64,000 bases of DNA from Takakia lepidozioides (taxonomy: Eukaryota; Plantae; Bryophyta): contig CM060733.1 of assembly GCA_030704615.1 (NCBI GenBank), positions 67,332,001 through 67,396,000 of the forward strand. The letters are read 5' to 3'. This document shows, piece after piece, positions 25,126 to 38,269 of this stretch. Position numbers and translations under genes: made by a program. The notes below the pieces were generated by a model. The model was not told the DNA's origin. It saw only the letters and a list, made by a program, of their open reading frames with translations, and made no database searches. Position 1 is the stretch's first letter, and the number at the start of each line of letters is the position of its first letter.

Positions 25126-26121
25126 TGTTAGAGGGCTGTCTGGGACTTAGACACTTTTATGGGCTCTGTGGGGTACCCTTAATTTTTGCGCAGACTTACG
25201 GATGGTAGACTTAGACCAACAGAGGCCTTAGGGGTGACAGGCACAGGCTTTAGGGGTGGTAGACGGGCTTACACAGTCTGTCACAGTTATTCACAACCTA
25301 TCACAGATAGTCACAGTCTATCACAGCTCGACACAGCTTCGCACAGCCAGACACAGCCCGACACAGCTTTGCACAGTTTCACACAGTCAGTCACAACCCG
25401 ACACAGCACGACACAGCCAGTCACAGCTCGGCACAATCACAGCCCGACACAGTTGGGCACAGCTCGTCACAGCGTACATATGAAACGGTTATCATTGGCA
25501 GGGAACGACTGTGTGGGAACGACATCTACAGAGGGAACGTGTTTACTTCTTAAGTGACAGTTAGTTAGTTAGACGGTTAGAACATCTTGTAGATAAAATA
25601 GGCAGAGCAAGCATCATGAAGGACTTTTTCACAGAGAGCGCTTCTTGGTGATTCACGGAAGGAGATCGGAGGGAGAGCAGGAATAGGAACAAGGATGGAG
25701 AGCACGGTGAAGAAGGAGAGATGACCAGTAGATGCTCGTTACATGAAAAGCTGTAGTGATACTGTAAAGCAGATTAGAGACACCATGGCTTTGGCCTGAT
25801 ACCTGATAAATCTTAATCTGATACTTATTCAATACAATCACACTGTGTAGAGAGACTTGAGTGAAGTTGTGGAATGAATGGTTGAGCAATCGGAACCTGG
25901 TAGATTGCTGAAGCAATCTGTTACTCAAATATAAACAGTAAGGTAATATGCTGATATGAAGGCAAGAAGGAATACAAACAAGAAGCACTACCATGATACA
26001 CTAGATGTAGGTCATGATTGATTGTTCTGAGCGGGCTGAGTGCTTAGAGATATCCAACTCTTCTATCTTGGAGTTCCCTCCTCGGATAGCAAAGGGATGG
26101 GTGAGTAAAAGCCGCTCGACA
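25126..26121 (+). repeat. 5' LTR (996 bp, TG...CA)
   Basis: TGTTAGAGGG...GCCGCTCGACA, nearly collinear with 37279-38269. It contains a CACAG-rich repeat tract at about 25270-25475. Confidence 0.95.
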
Positions 26122-26123
26122 TT

Positions 26124-26141
26124 TGGCGACCATACTGGGGA
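26124..26141 (+). promoter_or_regulatory. Primer-binding site, probably tRNA-Arg type
   Basis: TGGCGACCATACTGGGGA begins 2 nt after the 5' LTR. TGG complements the tRNA CCA end. The Arg assignment is inferred from similarity to TGGCGAC... PBSs of plant non-chromovirus elements. Confidence 0.7.
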
Positions 26142-26214
26142 ACGGGGTCAAGAACAACCAGATGTGACAGGCATCTAGTGGGATCATGGTGGTTGGAGAA
26201 TTAAAGAATTTGAT

Positions 26215-29200
26215 GTGAATCAAATTCCTTGTGGAACTGAGAAAGAGAGGTTGTCCAAGCAATTCTTTCAGAGATTCTTGGAATTGCCAGACGGTTGCAA
26301 AGAAAATATTCTTAAGAGAGTGCATAATGCAGATCCAGAGTGGGGTTTGGAGAAAAGAGTGATAAAGATTTATCAAGTGGCCTGTAGAGGGAGAGCAAGT
26401 TGGTTACCAACACTGGTTTATGTGATAGCATTGCTATCCATCAAACGAGTGGAGTTTGAAGGCTGGGAGGAACGGAAAGTGAATGTTTACACTCATATGC
26501 ATGAAGAACTTGTACTGGTAAAGAATTGGATTCCCAAGGATATCTTATGGATCAAACTTACACCAAGAACAGCTTTTCAGACGTGCTTGCCATATGGATA
26601 TATGGTAACAGAGACTTCTAGTATAGCCAAGGGTGCATTGAAGCTTGAAAGAAACCCAGGCATATATGAGAGATACTACATAAGAGAGTTTTGGTTATTG
26701 CCTCATTGAAGATATGAAAGACATGGGACATGAGTGATGAAAGAGAAGCTAGACTTCACAGATAGAGAAAGTTATTTGAAAGCTAATTATCCATATCTTT
26801 GGGAGAGAGGAATAGACATAGGAGAATCATCTGGACCTCTCACACCATTAAGACCGAAGAGTACATCACCCATACCGGAGGAACCAGAGTTGGATGCCAC
26901 TCCTTCTCATTCTTTACAAGAAAGATTAAGGGATTTGGTACATGAAGAAGATCAGCCACGAGGGGAGAGATCTGAGGTACATCCCTGGATAAAAGATTTG
27001 ACAGAAATCTTCGATAAGAGTTGGCATGGGACACCAAAGGCAGGAACTCTAGTTTCTGAATCACAAGATAAAGAGAGAGAGGAAGATGTGGAAGAGCCAA
27101 CGGAGAGTTCAGACTCTCCAACACCATTGCAATTGAGTTACATGAGTGAAGAAGAAGAAATCCAAGAGAAGAACTTGGAAGATGAAAACAAAGAGAAGAA
27201 TTTGGAAGATGAGGGGTATGAAGAAGTAGACCCAACAGTTGAGGTTGAGACTACAACCAGGACATCCCAACCTGTTGGACCTGGATCAAGTGGAGCACTT
27301 GAATCACAGGCCAACGAAGGTGTCGGCTCAGGGGGATCAGGCGAGAAGCTTGGATCTGGCTCTAGGGGGACAGGGAGTGTGGGAAGTAGTGCAACTGGAG
27401 CTGGGAATACTGTGAGTATAGAAGGGCCAGTAGCAGGGAGTGCTCAGGGGCCAGCACCTGGTAGAACATCCACCACAACAAAAACAGGTCCTCAAGGACC
27501 AACACCAACAAGAGGACCAGCACCTGTCAGTGGGCAGGGTGTAGGGCCATTGATGGCGGTACCTCCAACACGGGCAAAACCACCTTTTCCAATATATGCA
27601 GGGAAAGGGGATCCTGATGTATACATTAGCCAATTTGAGCACATGTGTATTGTGAACAATGAGAATGGCGATGATGCCAAGATGAGACTATTTCCTTGTT
27701 CACTTATCAAGAAAGCAAGTGAATGGTATGCAAGATTCCTAACCTGGAATGGCCTTAGTACAGCATTCAGAAACAGGTTCAGGACAAGCAAAACTGAAGT
27801 GCATGGAAGTTTACAACAGTTAAAGCAAAAGAAGCATGAAACTGTTGAAGAGTACATGGAAAAGATGGAGTTGATGATGAAAAAGTTGGCTGCTGTACCA
27901 GCACCAGGGTTACAGAAGACCTGGTTTGTGAGTGGATTAAGACTTGAATTACAAAAGAAAGTGGATATGCTACCCCATAATACAGTGGAAGAGGCATTTG
28001 AAACAGCCAACATAATTGAGCAATTGGGGATGCTCAGAAGAGAGAAAAGAGATGATGAGGACTCTTAAGATGAGTCAGATGAGGAAGAAGAGCAGGAGCT
28101 AAAAAAGAAGAGTAAGAAAAATGAAAAGTTGAAGAGGGAAAATTATGAGAAAAGACTGGAGGAGATCTTGAAGAAGTATGCCACAGAGGCTGCAACACAT
28201 TGGAGGAAGGGTGTTTGTTGTGCAAAATGCCAGAATGAAGGCCATACCACAGCTGAATGTCACATGAAGGAGAAACACTGTACTATCTGTAAAATGGATA
28301 ACCATTCTACTGAGAATTGTTATTACAACAGAAGGACAGCTGCAAGAGAACCTAGGCAAGTAAGGGTGCATCAAGTGTAGTCCGAGCCAAGAAGGAACAG
28401 TGATTAGGACCAATATGGTAGGCCTGGTGGATATAATAACGGTATGGCAGGGAGAGGTAATCCAAGAGGGAATTACCAAGGAAATCCCAGAGGCAACTAT
28501 CAGGGTAATCCCAGGGGGAATTACCAACCAGGGAATCAGGATTATAGAAATAATCCTAGAGCAGACCAAGGGCGAGGACCCAATGGTGAAGAACTGTGTT
28601 ACTATTGTAATCAGGCAGGACATCGTAAAGCAGCCTGTCCATTTTGGATCAGACACCAGAATGAGATGAGAGCTCTTGTGAATGAGGGCCCAGTGGTGGC
28701 AGCTCACATGGTTAGGCCATGTTTTGTACCAGAAGTAAGTACAATGATAGTAACCAGAAGCAAAGCTAAACTAATACCTCCAGTGGATGAGGAAGAAGAT
28801 GGTAATGAGGATGGCAGTGATGTGCCTGAAGATGATGAGGCTTGGAGAGATGAGAATGAACTACACAGGGAAGTGGCTGACACCATAAGGGAAATGCAGA
28901 AGGATACTGATATCCCTATGGTAGATACCTCTGACTCTAATAGAGAAGACGGGGAGGGTGAAGAGGAAGTAAAGAAAGAAGCTGCACAAGTGCAGAGTAA
29001 TGAAGAGACTTTGGCTGAAGTAATATGCCAGACCAAAGCTGAGATTACCATTGGACAGCTATTAGCTGTGGCACCTCATTGTAGGCACAGGCTGTATCAA
29101 GCAATTAATCAGATTGCTCATGTGACAAAGAACACAGACTTGAACAACAAGGTGACAAGTTATAATGTGAGGCCTGAAGGGCGAGAAACAGTCATGGACT

Positions 29201-29463
29201 TTGATGATTCTATGAAAGTAATCCAATTGAGAATTGGAAGCACAGACTTGACTGATGTACTGATAGATGGAGGCTCAGGAGTGAATATTATGACAGACCA
29301 ATTAAGGCAGAAACTTGGTCTGAGTAACATGAAACCAGCCCCATTTACAATAACAATGGTAGATCAAAGGAGTGTACTGCCTTTAGGCTTGATAAGAGGA
29401 ATAAAGATACAGATCCAAGAGATGATTTTTAAAGATCACGGTGACTGTGTTGAAAATGGATAA
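26215..29463 (+). pseudogene. 5' extra domain, Gag and aspartic protease (one frame, interrupted by stops)
   Basis: ORFs starting at 26215, 26734, 28129 and 28444 share a frame. Gag core GKGDPDVYISQF...RLFPCSLIKKASEWY; three CX2CX4HX4C knuckles (CAKC, CTIC, CYYC); RGNYQGNP repeats; protease DGGS. Confidence 0.9.
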
Positions 29464-29719
29464 TATCATGGAAGCTTACTCCTTACTGCAGGTTTGACCA
29501 TGGCTGAAACAGGCCAAGGTATTCCATGACTGGAATTCCTAGTTACTGACTGTGCATGATGGGAAGCACAAGATACAGGTCACCACTAAGAAATCTAGTA
29601 GGCTACCTGCTACTAGAAGACCTCGTGGAGTCAGAGAGTATGACTGGAGGGGAGGACTTGACGAGGAGCAGGAAGCTACCCTGTTTGCTGCGCACCCAGA
29701 GTGGGAGTAGGTTGCAGAA

Positions 29720-32700
29720 ATGCAACTAGGAGGCCTGAGTTGTTTTAAAGGTATCTATTGTGGTGCAGTAACAGCAACACCAATTGAGGGGGAAACAAGT
29801 AGTTACCCACCACATTTCTACGAGGAAAGAGAGGGAGAAATGAAAATCCTAGAAGAACCAGCCACTGTGAGTTTACAGGATGAAGTGGTGGCTGGATGGA
29901 CAATCACAGCTGAAGAGCAGGTGAGAGACGTGAATGTGGGAACTGAGGAGGAACCAAGAATGGTGAAAGTAGGGGCTAACTTGGAGCCAGAATTATTTGA
30001 GGAGACTAAGAGCCTGTTTATCAAATACAAAGATGTATTTGCATGGAGCTATGAGGATCTGAAAGGGATACCCCCTGAGATTTCCCAGCATAAGATTGAA
30101 CTGGAACCAGGGTCAGTACCAATCAAACAGGCAAGGTACATGATGAATCCCAACTATGCACAGAAGGTTGGGGAAGAGATCAAGAAGTTGGCTGAGGCTA
30201 AGTTCATATACCCAATAGAGTATACAACTTGGTTGTCACCCATTGTGATAATTCCCAAGAAGAATGGCAAACTGAGAGTTTGTGTGAACTATAAAAAGTT
30301 GAATGCTTGTACAAAGAAAGATCCCTTTCCTTTGCCATTTACAGAAGCGGTACTGGACATTGTGGCAAGCCATGAGATGTACTCATTCATGGATGGCTTC
30401 AGTGGGTATAACCAAGTGCAAGTGGCAGAAGAAGACCAGGGAAAGACAGCTTTCATCACAGACTGGGGTGCTTATGCATACAAAGTCATGTCTTTTGGAC
30501 TTTGTAATGCACCAACAACTTTTCAGAGAGTGATAAGTGAATCCTTCCATGAGTATCTGGATGATTTCATGCAAGTGTTCTTAGATGACTTCAGTGTGTA
30601 CAGCTCTAAGAATGAGCACTTGCAGAAGTTGGAATTATGCTTGGCCAGATGCAGGATGAGAGGTCTTGGTCTGAATCCAGAAAAGTGTACTTTCTGTGTG
30701 AATTTAGGGGTACGTTACTTCTAGGACACATTGTGTGTAAGAGGGGACTGCTTGTGGATCCCAGAAAGACAGAGGCCGTTAAAGCATCTCCACCACCAGG
30801 AAATGCTAAAAGTCTAAGGAGATTCCTTGGACAAACCAGTTATTACAGAAGATTTGTCAGACGGTATGCACAGATGGCAGCACCTTTGAGCAACCTTCTG
30901 AATAAGAATGCAGTATTTACATGGACAGCTGAATGTCAACAGGCTTTTGAGGAACTTACATTGTCAGTAACAATAACACCTGTGCTGATTAACCCTCACT
31001 GGCATGTAGTATTTCATGTACACGGTGATGCCTCAGGAGAAGCATTGGGAGCTGTGTTAGCCCAAAATATCACAGGAAACATAGATTCACCTGTGTACTA
31101 TGCTAGTAGGTTGTTGAACAGTGCGGAAAGGAACTATAGCACCGCTGAAAGAGAAGCATTGGCAATGATTTATGCAGTCAAGAAATTCAGGCATTACCTA
31201 TTGGGAAGGAAGTTTATGTTTTATGTGGATCATCAGGCTTTGATTTATCTGGTGAACAAGCCTTTGATAAGTGGCAGGATAGCAAGATGGTTAATAATTT
31301 TGCACGAGTTTGAATTCGAAGTTGTTTACAAGCCTGGCCGTTTGCATCTTGTGGCAGATCACTTGTCACGCCTATCAACAGGAGAGCCCGCCACGGGAGT
31401 AGACGACCAACTACCTGATGCGAGTCTATTTGCAGTGGAGGTGCAAGGAAGTGCAGATGGCAGTGGCCAATCAGATACTACCTTACTCATGGTCAGTGCC
31501 CACCCAGTTATGGGAAGGAACAGAGGAAGAGAATAGCTATCAAGGCTTTACCTTACACTATGATAGGTGGCAGATTGTATAAGCTAGGACCTGATGGAGT
31601 TCTTAAACGATGCTTGTACCACCATGAAGTAAATAAAGTTTTGGAAGAAGTTCATAAAGGAGTGGCTGGAGGTCATTTTGGAGAGGAGACTACCAGCAGA
31701 AAAATACTACTTGCAGGTTACTGGTGGCCTACTCTGTTCAAAGATGTGCATAAGTATTGCAAGAGTTGTGATGAGTGTCAGAGGCTAGGACCGTTGCAAA
31801 GATCTGGGAAGATGGCTTTGCATCCGACGATGCCTACTGAACCATTTCAGAAATAGGGACTAGACTTTGTTGGACCAATAAACCCACCAGCTAGAAATAC
31901 ATAGAACAAGTATATAATCACAGCCACTGATTATACTACAAAGTGGGTGGAAGCTAAACCTCTGAGGGACAACACAGCTAAGTCCACAGCAAGGTTCCTG
32001 TATGAGAACATACTTACAAGATTTGGCTCCCCTGGAATTTATCAGTGACCAGGGAAGTCACTTCATTAATGAGACCATAGAACTATTGACTAAAGAGTTC
32101 ATGATTGTGCACAAGAAGAGTACAACCTATTACCCACAAGGTAATGGGCAGGCTGAGGCCACCAACAAAATACTATGTACTATTTTGGCTAAGATAGTCA
32201 ATGCAAACAGAACGCAAAGCTGCTGACAGCTTTGTGGTCATACAGGACTTCATATAAAGTCACCACTAAGTATACACCATTCCAATTAGTTTATGGTATG
32301 GAAGCTTTACTTCCAGTGGAATTTTTGTTGTCTACCATGAGAACTGAATGGGGAAGGAGAATGGAATTGGAGGATTCAATTAAAGTCAGGAAACATGAAT
32401 TATATCATGTGGAAGAAATACGTGCGGATAACATGACCAGAATTCAGATGAAGAGGAAGGATCAATTTGATGAAGGTAAATTGAAAACTTTTAAGACGGA
32501 CGATTTGGTACTATGGTTGCAGAAGAAGGGAAAGATCAAAGCTTCTAAGCTGAAGTCACCATGGAAAGGACCTTATGTCATACATAAGATATATGATAAC
32601 AACACAGCCATGTTACAAACCATTAACAAATAGATGCTTGGAAGAGTGAATGCCAATAAGTTGAAGGGATACATGGGTATCCATGATAAACCATTGCAGC
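29720..32700 (+). pseudogene. Pol: RT, RNase H, integrase (frameshifted)
   Basis: WLSPIVIIPKKNGKLRVCVNYKKLN, FGLCNAPTTFQR, FLDDF, RNase H motifs, integrase DDE core and WKGPY. Confidence 0.95.
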
Positions 32701-33629
32701 ATGATTTGCATCTTGGAACACAGATGCCATCACAGCCTACACTAGTAACACCAACGGAGCATGAAGTACTTGTCGTTAAGCCGAATGTGTATGGCCTGAG
32801 CGTAGAACACAGATGTTCACACAGTCATCATAGCCCATCACAACATCACACAGCCTATCACAGCCCAACACATTATCACACAGCCTGTCACAGCCCAACA
32901 CAGCCTACGCGGGTTGCACAGTCCATAGGATCAGTGACAGGTGGACACGGGTTAACGTCAGAAAAGTGGCCGGCAAGTGAAATGACAGTTTGGAAGTCAA
33001 ACTCGAAGAATGTGCCACGCGGACAGGGAAAGACGGGAGCATGTTTAGAATCGAACACATGGCCACTAGGGCGAAGCACACCGCGGTGCATATATTGCAA
33101 AAGTGGGTGTCATCATGCAAGAGGACAAATTGGGCCGTCAAAGTACCTACCCGGTATATCAGCCAAAACTAATTGTGGGCCCATTAATGCATTCAGGGCA
33201 AAGGTAACGGAACCCTTTACGTGTACAGCAAAGGGGGACCTTTGCCACATGTGTTGTCCTAGTGGACATTTCAGGTGGGAATGTCCACTGAGGGGGGTAA
33301 AATTAAGAAGTTACCCAAGGAGGCCACAGCCAATCAGGAGCGAGAATTTCATACAGGTGGTTCCCTCCAAGAAACAAGAACAAGAAATTAGAAGAGTTAT
33401 GAGCGGAAGAGTCAGGGTGGCTCCGAATAACCAGCGTCTCGACGGAAGGGGCAATCAAAGCTATAGCTTTGTAGCTATGGCGGATATTACAGACTACACA
33501 TTAGCTTTACTTCTCACGCAGTGGCGCAAGGACGGACAAATTGAAAGAACATTCTCTCTTACCCACTATCTGTAAGCCCCACAGGCTTACACGCACTTAC
33601 CCGTTCCTTTCTGTGCCAACCATACCTTT

Positions 33630-36600
33630 ATGTTTTATGCCCTGCAAGCTTTCCTACAACTGTTTCAAACAAGGCCTTTTTGTTTGTCTAGGATGAAGAG
33701 AGTTAGGGGAATGGAGGATATCAGGGTGAAGAGTACCACGATTCTGGAGAAGCAAACAATTGCTACACCACAGGCAGTGCAGCTGCTGAAGGAGTTGCGA
33801 TTGGAAGGGCTACTACGCAAGGACTGGTCCTTGCATCATCGGAAGTATATGATTCAATTTATTCAGAACTTTGAGCCTCGGACAGGAGTTACTCAGGTGA
33901 GGGGAGTAGATATAGAAATTACTCCCCAGTACTTGCAGCAATTGTTCGATTTGCCATCGGGTCATGTGGATGTGGATGAGCACATGGCAAGATTGCAGAT
34001 AGAGAATTTGTTCCAAGAAGGGAGTTTCTTTAAAACTCAAGGATACACCTGCACCAAGGCCGAGTACCCAGGACTAAGAGAAGTTGGCCAAATACTGAAC
34101 GTCATGTTTGCCATGAAACAGAACCAACAGTACTTGAGCAAATCATTCACGGAGGAGATACTGAAAGCTTTGAAGGGAGAGGATGTAGTTTGGGGCGGAG
34201 TTGATGTACAATGGTCTGGTGGAAGAGATGAAGCGGTTACAGGGCACTGTTGCTAAGTCTCCGATCATAGTGTTTGGCCCAGTAATTGCGCAAATTATCC
34301 TTGATTCTTGCATACTTGATGCGCGAGAACGCAAGGAGATGGGAGTGTTTGAGATAGCAACCACTGCAATTGAGGAGCAGGGCTCTTCACATGGTGAAGG
34401 TGGATTGGAGGGGCAGCACCAGTCCAAGAGGCAGAAGCGGGATACGACTATGGCAGATCCACTAGCTTCAAGGAAACCACAAGATGATGTTTCCATAGCA
34501 CTTGTGCAAGATGAGGAGTAGCAGCACAGGGGGCTGTTATTGCTGGAAGCAAGGCATTTGGAGAGGGGGGAAGAAGTCACCTCAGTACCACAGTCACCAC
34601 AGCCAGTTGACTCAATTGTTCCGGGGGTCACTCAGTTAGTCCATGCTGTTACACCAGAGCCTATTGCTGTGGAAGGAGAAGGGTTGGACATTCCCACTAC
34701 AGAGCAGGTAGTGGTAGAAATTGAGAAGGGTGACCTTCTCTATGAAAACTCTGGCTTGGTCAGGGAACCAGTGGTACCCAAGATGCAGAGTTTGTCTAAG
34801 CAAGTCCCTGTTGCGCATGTGATACCCGAACCTGTGGCGGAGGTTCCAGGAGTAGACTGTCAGGGCACTGCAGCACTTGTGGAGGATCAGGTGGCTCAGG
34901 AGCAAGATCTTGTGGGATCATGGCCTGAATGGTTCGTGAAACATCAAACTATGGAGAATCAGGGAGAACAGTAGCAAGTTCACCATGAAGACCCACAGCA
35001 GGCCATGCTTATGAGTTCCATAATCATGACATTCAATTTGTTGGGCACGTATGTGAAATCCCATGTTCCATCTACACAATTGGCAGCTTTGAGGGAGGAA
35101 CTCAAGCAGGAGTTTGAGGCTAGAATTGCCACCGAGTGTGCAAACAAGGTGGATGTGGAGGCCAACTCAAGTTGCAGGAGGAATTGGAGGACACGAAGGC
35201 TGCCCTGCAGTTGACAAAGGGGAATCTAATTGAAGCGGGTCTGGAACAGGAGAAGTTGCATGAAACACATAAGCAACAACTATACCAGTTGCAGGTGAAG
35301 CATGAGGGAAAATTGCAGGAAATGAAGGTGCTCCATACAGAGTTGGAGGCAGTTCATCAGAAAATGACCATCCAATGTGCCACACTAACAACTGCTCTGG
35401 AGCAAACTGCATTAGAAGTTAACAGACAAGCAGAGAGATGTATGATGATGGAGGCTGAGACAGTAGAGCAAGGGAAACTCATTGCTGATTTGAAGGCTAC
35501 TATCCGTCACAATGAGGATACTTTCCAACAGTACAGTTAGGTTGAGGCTGAGAATGAAAGGTATATCTTGCAGTTGCAGCAAACACTCACGGGCCACAAG
35601 AATGAACTATCTCTGGCTAACAAGGCTTGGAAAGAAGCCAATAATCTGGTTGTTGCTTATGCGGCCCTGGTTGAACCTCATGCGAAGCGCATGCAGGTTT
35701 TATAGCAGCAATTAGATATGTATAGACTCAAGGAGGAGCAGGCTCTCAGGGGTGCACACAAGACTTGGTGGATAATCATCTTATGCAAGTATAGTTAACA
35801 CAAGGGCCGGTGGAAGGGAAGACACCAAGAAAGCTCAACCAGGGGGAGACGAATGATCTCAGATTGCAAGTGCAGAACATTGCCACAATTACTATAGACA
35901 ATGTCTATAGTAGGATAGCGGAGTTACAGGATGATGTGGAAGGGCTGCAAACTCAAGTGGATGACTTGAGTTCCAACGTTGATAAAAGAGTCTTTGTTCC
36001 TGAGGAGCAGCTGGTGGCTACTTATTTGCATGCTAGGACTCTGATTTTTCAGTCTTCTTCACAGGAGGTGTAGGAGTTGCCGGTAGTAGGAGGGACAGTG
36101 GCGGCAATATCACAGACCCACAATAGGTGGCTAACCCTGTTCATACCATGGCAAAGCTATAGTCTGAGGTTTGGGGGGATGCTGCTTTTAACCTACCTAG
36201 GACTCCTGCTGCACTTGAGTACAATCGAGCTATGATTATGCCCTTCAACCAAATCCCCATTGTGATGGATTTGGCTTGGAAGGAATTTAGTCCTCCACAG
36301 TCTCTGACACATTATTACCAGATCATGCGTATTTGGTTGCCAGTGGAAACTAGGACTAAGGTTCTTCCGAATAATCGACCCATTGAGGATCATCACTTTG
36401 CAAGGTACTGGTCTGAGGCAGGCACCATGCTGAAGGAATTAATTGCCTTCCAGGTTGTTCAGGGTACATCTACACCAAGACCAAGGAGGTATCTAGTACT
36501 GTCATGGGCTGTGGATTATACTATGCTGCTTGTTTCATGGCACATTATCACATTGAGCAGCAGAAGATGCAATCATAATTTCTGAGTTATTCCAGTGGGG

Positions 36601-37240
36601 ATCATTGGGTCTTACCTTCAGTTCCACCCATATGTATCTGTATGATGCAAAAGTCATGATGCAGAAAGATTCCCAGCTTCGTTCATGGTTTAATTTGGCT
36701 TGGAACAACTTGGCCAAAGAGAAATTGGGCCCTGATGATATTTTCTATAAGGGACATGAAGCCTGGAAATACTTACACTGTTCCAAAGTCATTGGCACAC
36801 CTCTCACCTATACGGCCAAGGAGTTCAGGGAGTTCACTCATTTTGCCTGCAAGCGATTAAAGCAAGTAGTACAGTTTAAGCTTCCAGACATGGTGGGCCA
36901 ACATTGTATGCCACGCAGGATTCCGGAGGAGCCACTTAAAGTTTGGCAACCAAAGCACCTCAGGGGGGAAGATGATTCTGATACTACTGGTTCTGCAGAG
37001 GAACCTTTTGACATGGCGGAGGACTATGCACTACAGATGGCAGAGAAGAAACGACGGGGATCTCCTATGCCTGAGAGGTTACCTCGTTATCAACCACAAG
37101 AGGGTCAGACATTTCCATTTGGTGCTCAATCGCCTCCAACAGCCAGTAACAGGGCACGGGCTCGCACACAGAGCCCTCCAAAGGACTCTCACCGTCAGAA
37201 GGGTGCTCGCTCACAAATGTTTGCTGATCCTAAACAGTAA
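33630..37240 (+). pseudogene. Large 3' additional coding region: plant-transposon-type domain, acidic linker, coiled coil and unknown C-terminal domain
   Basis: FIQNF...VRGVDIEITPQYLQQLFDLP resembles the extra-ORF domain of Athila/Tat-like elements. A heptad-rich E/Q/L stretch lies at 35100-36000. The region is conserved in the second copy (60750-64000). Confidence 0.75.
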
Positions 37241-37261
37241 ACCCTAATGACACGGCTTTTT

Positions 37262-37278
37262 GAGAGGGGGAGGGGTAA
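37262..37278 (+). promoter_or_regulatory. Polypurine tract
   Basis: GAGAGGGGGAGGGG(TAA) immediately precedes the 3' LTR. Confidence 0.9.
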
Positions 37279-38269
37279 TGTTAGAGGGTGTTTGGGACTT
37301 AGACACTTTTATGGGCTCTGTGGGGTACCCTTAGTTTTTGCGCAAACTTACAGATGGTAGACTTAGACCAACAGAGGCCTTAGGGGTGACAGACATAGGC
37401 TTTAGGGGTGGTAGACGGACTTACATAGTCTGTCACAGTCATTCACAGTCTATCACAGATCGTCACAGTCTATCACAACTCGACACAGCTTCGCACAGCC
37501 AGACACAGCCCGACACAGCTTCGCACAGTTTCACACAGTCAGTCACAGCCCGACACAGCACGACACAGCCAGTCAGAGCTTGACACAATCATAGCCCGAC
37601 ACAGTTTGGCACAGCTCGTCACAATTACATAGGAAACGGTTATTATTGGCAAGGAACGACTGTGTGGGAACGACATCTGCAGAGGGAATGTGTTTACTTC
37701 TTAGGTGACAGTTAGTAGTTAGGTGGTTAGAACAGCTTGTAGATAAAATAGGCAGAGCAAGCATCATGGAGGATTTTTTCACAGAGAGCACTTCTTGGTG
37801 ATTCACGGAAGGAGATCGGAGGGAGAGCAGGAACGGGAGCAAGGATGGAGAGCACGGTGAAGAAGGAGGGATGACCAGTAGATGCTCGTTACATGAAAAG
37901 CTGTAGTGATATTGTAAAGCAGATTAGAGACACCATGGTTTTGGCCTGATACCTGATAAATCTTAATTTGATACTTATTCGATACAATCACATTGTAGAG
38001 AGACTTGAGTGAAGTTGTGGAATGAATGGTTGAGCAATCGGAACCTGGTAGATTGCTAAAGCAATCTGTTACTCAAATATAAACAGTAAGGTAATATGCT
38101 GATATGAAGGCAAGAAGGAATACAAACAAGAAGCACTACCATGATACACTAGATGTAGGTCATGACTGATTGTTCTAAGCAGGCTGAGTGCTTAGAGATA
38201 TCCAACTCTTCTATCTTGGAGTTCCCTCCTCGGATAGCAAAGGGATGGGTGAGTAAAAGCCGCTCGAAA
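37279..38269 (+). repeat. 3' LTR (991 bp; terminal CA mutated to AA)
   Basis: Collinear with the 5' LTR and followed by the TSD GACCA. Confidence 0.95.

Larger units (their letters stand above)
25126..38269 (+). mobile_element. Full-length Ty3/gypsy LTR retrotransposon (non-chromovirus type) with extra coding regions, degenerate
   Basis: Two LTRs (25126-26121 and 37279-38269); 5-bp TSD GACCA (25121-25 and 38270-74); PBS and PPT present. Gag with CCHC knuckles, protease (LIDGGSGVN), RT (FMDGFSGYNQ, FLDDF), RNase H (DASG..LGAVL, EREALAM) and integrase (HHCC, GLDFVGP, SDQGSHF, GQAE, GPY) in gypsy order. No chromodomain is seen. Confidence 0.97.

Noticed and set aside
29424-29440. Programmed ribosomal frameshift at TTTTTAAAG between protease and RT
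   Set aside because: The downstream frame is +1, not -1, and the shift falls within the protease region. A decay insertion is more likely, and copy 2 does not cover the site.
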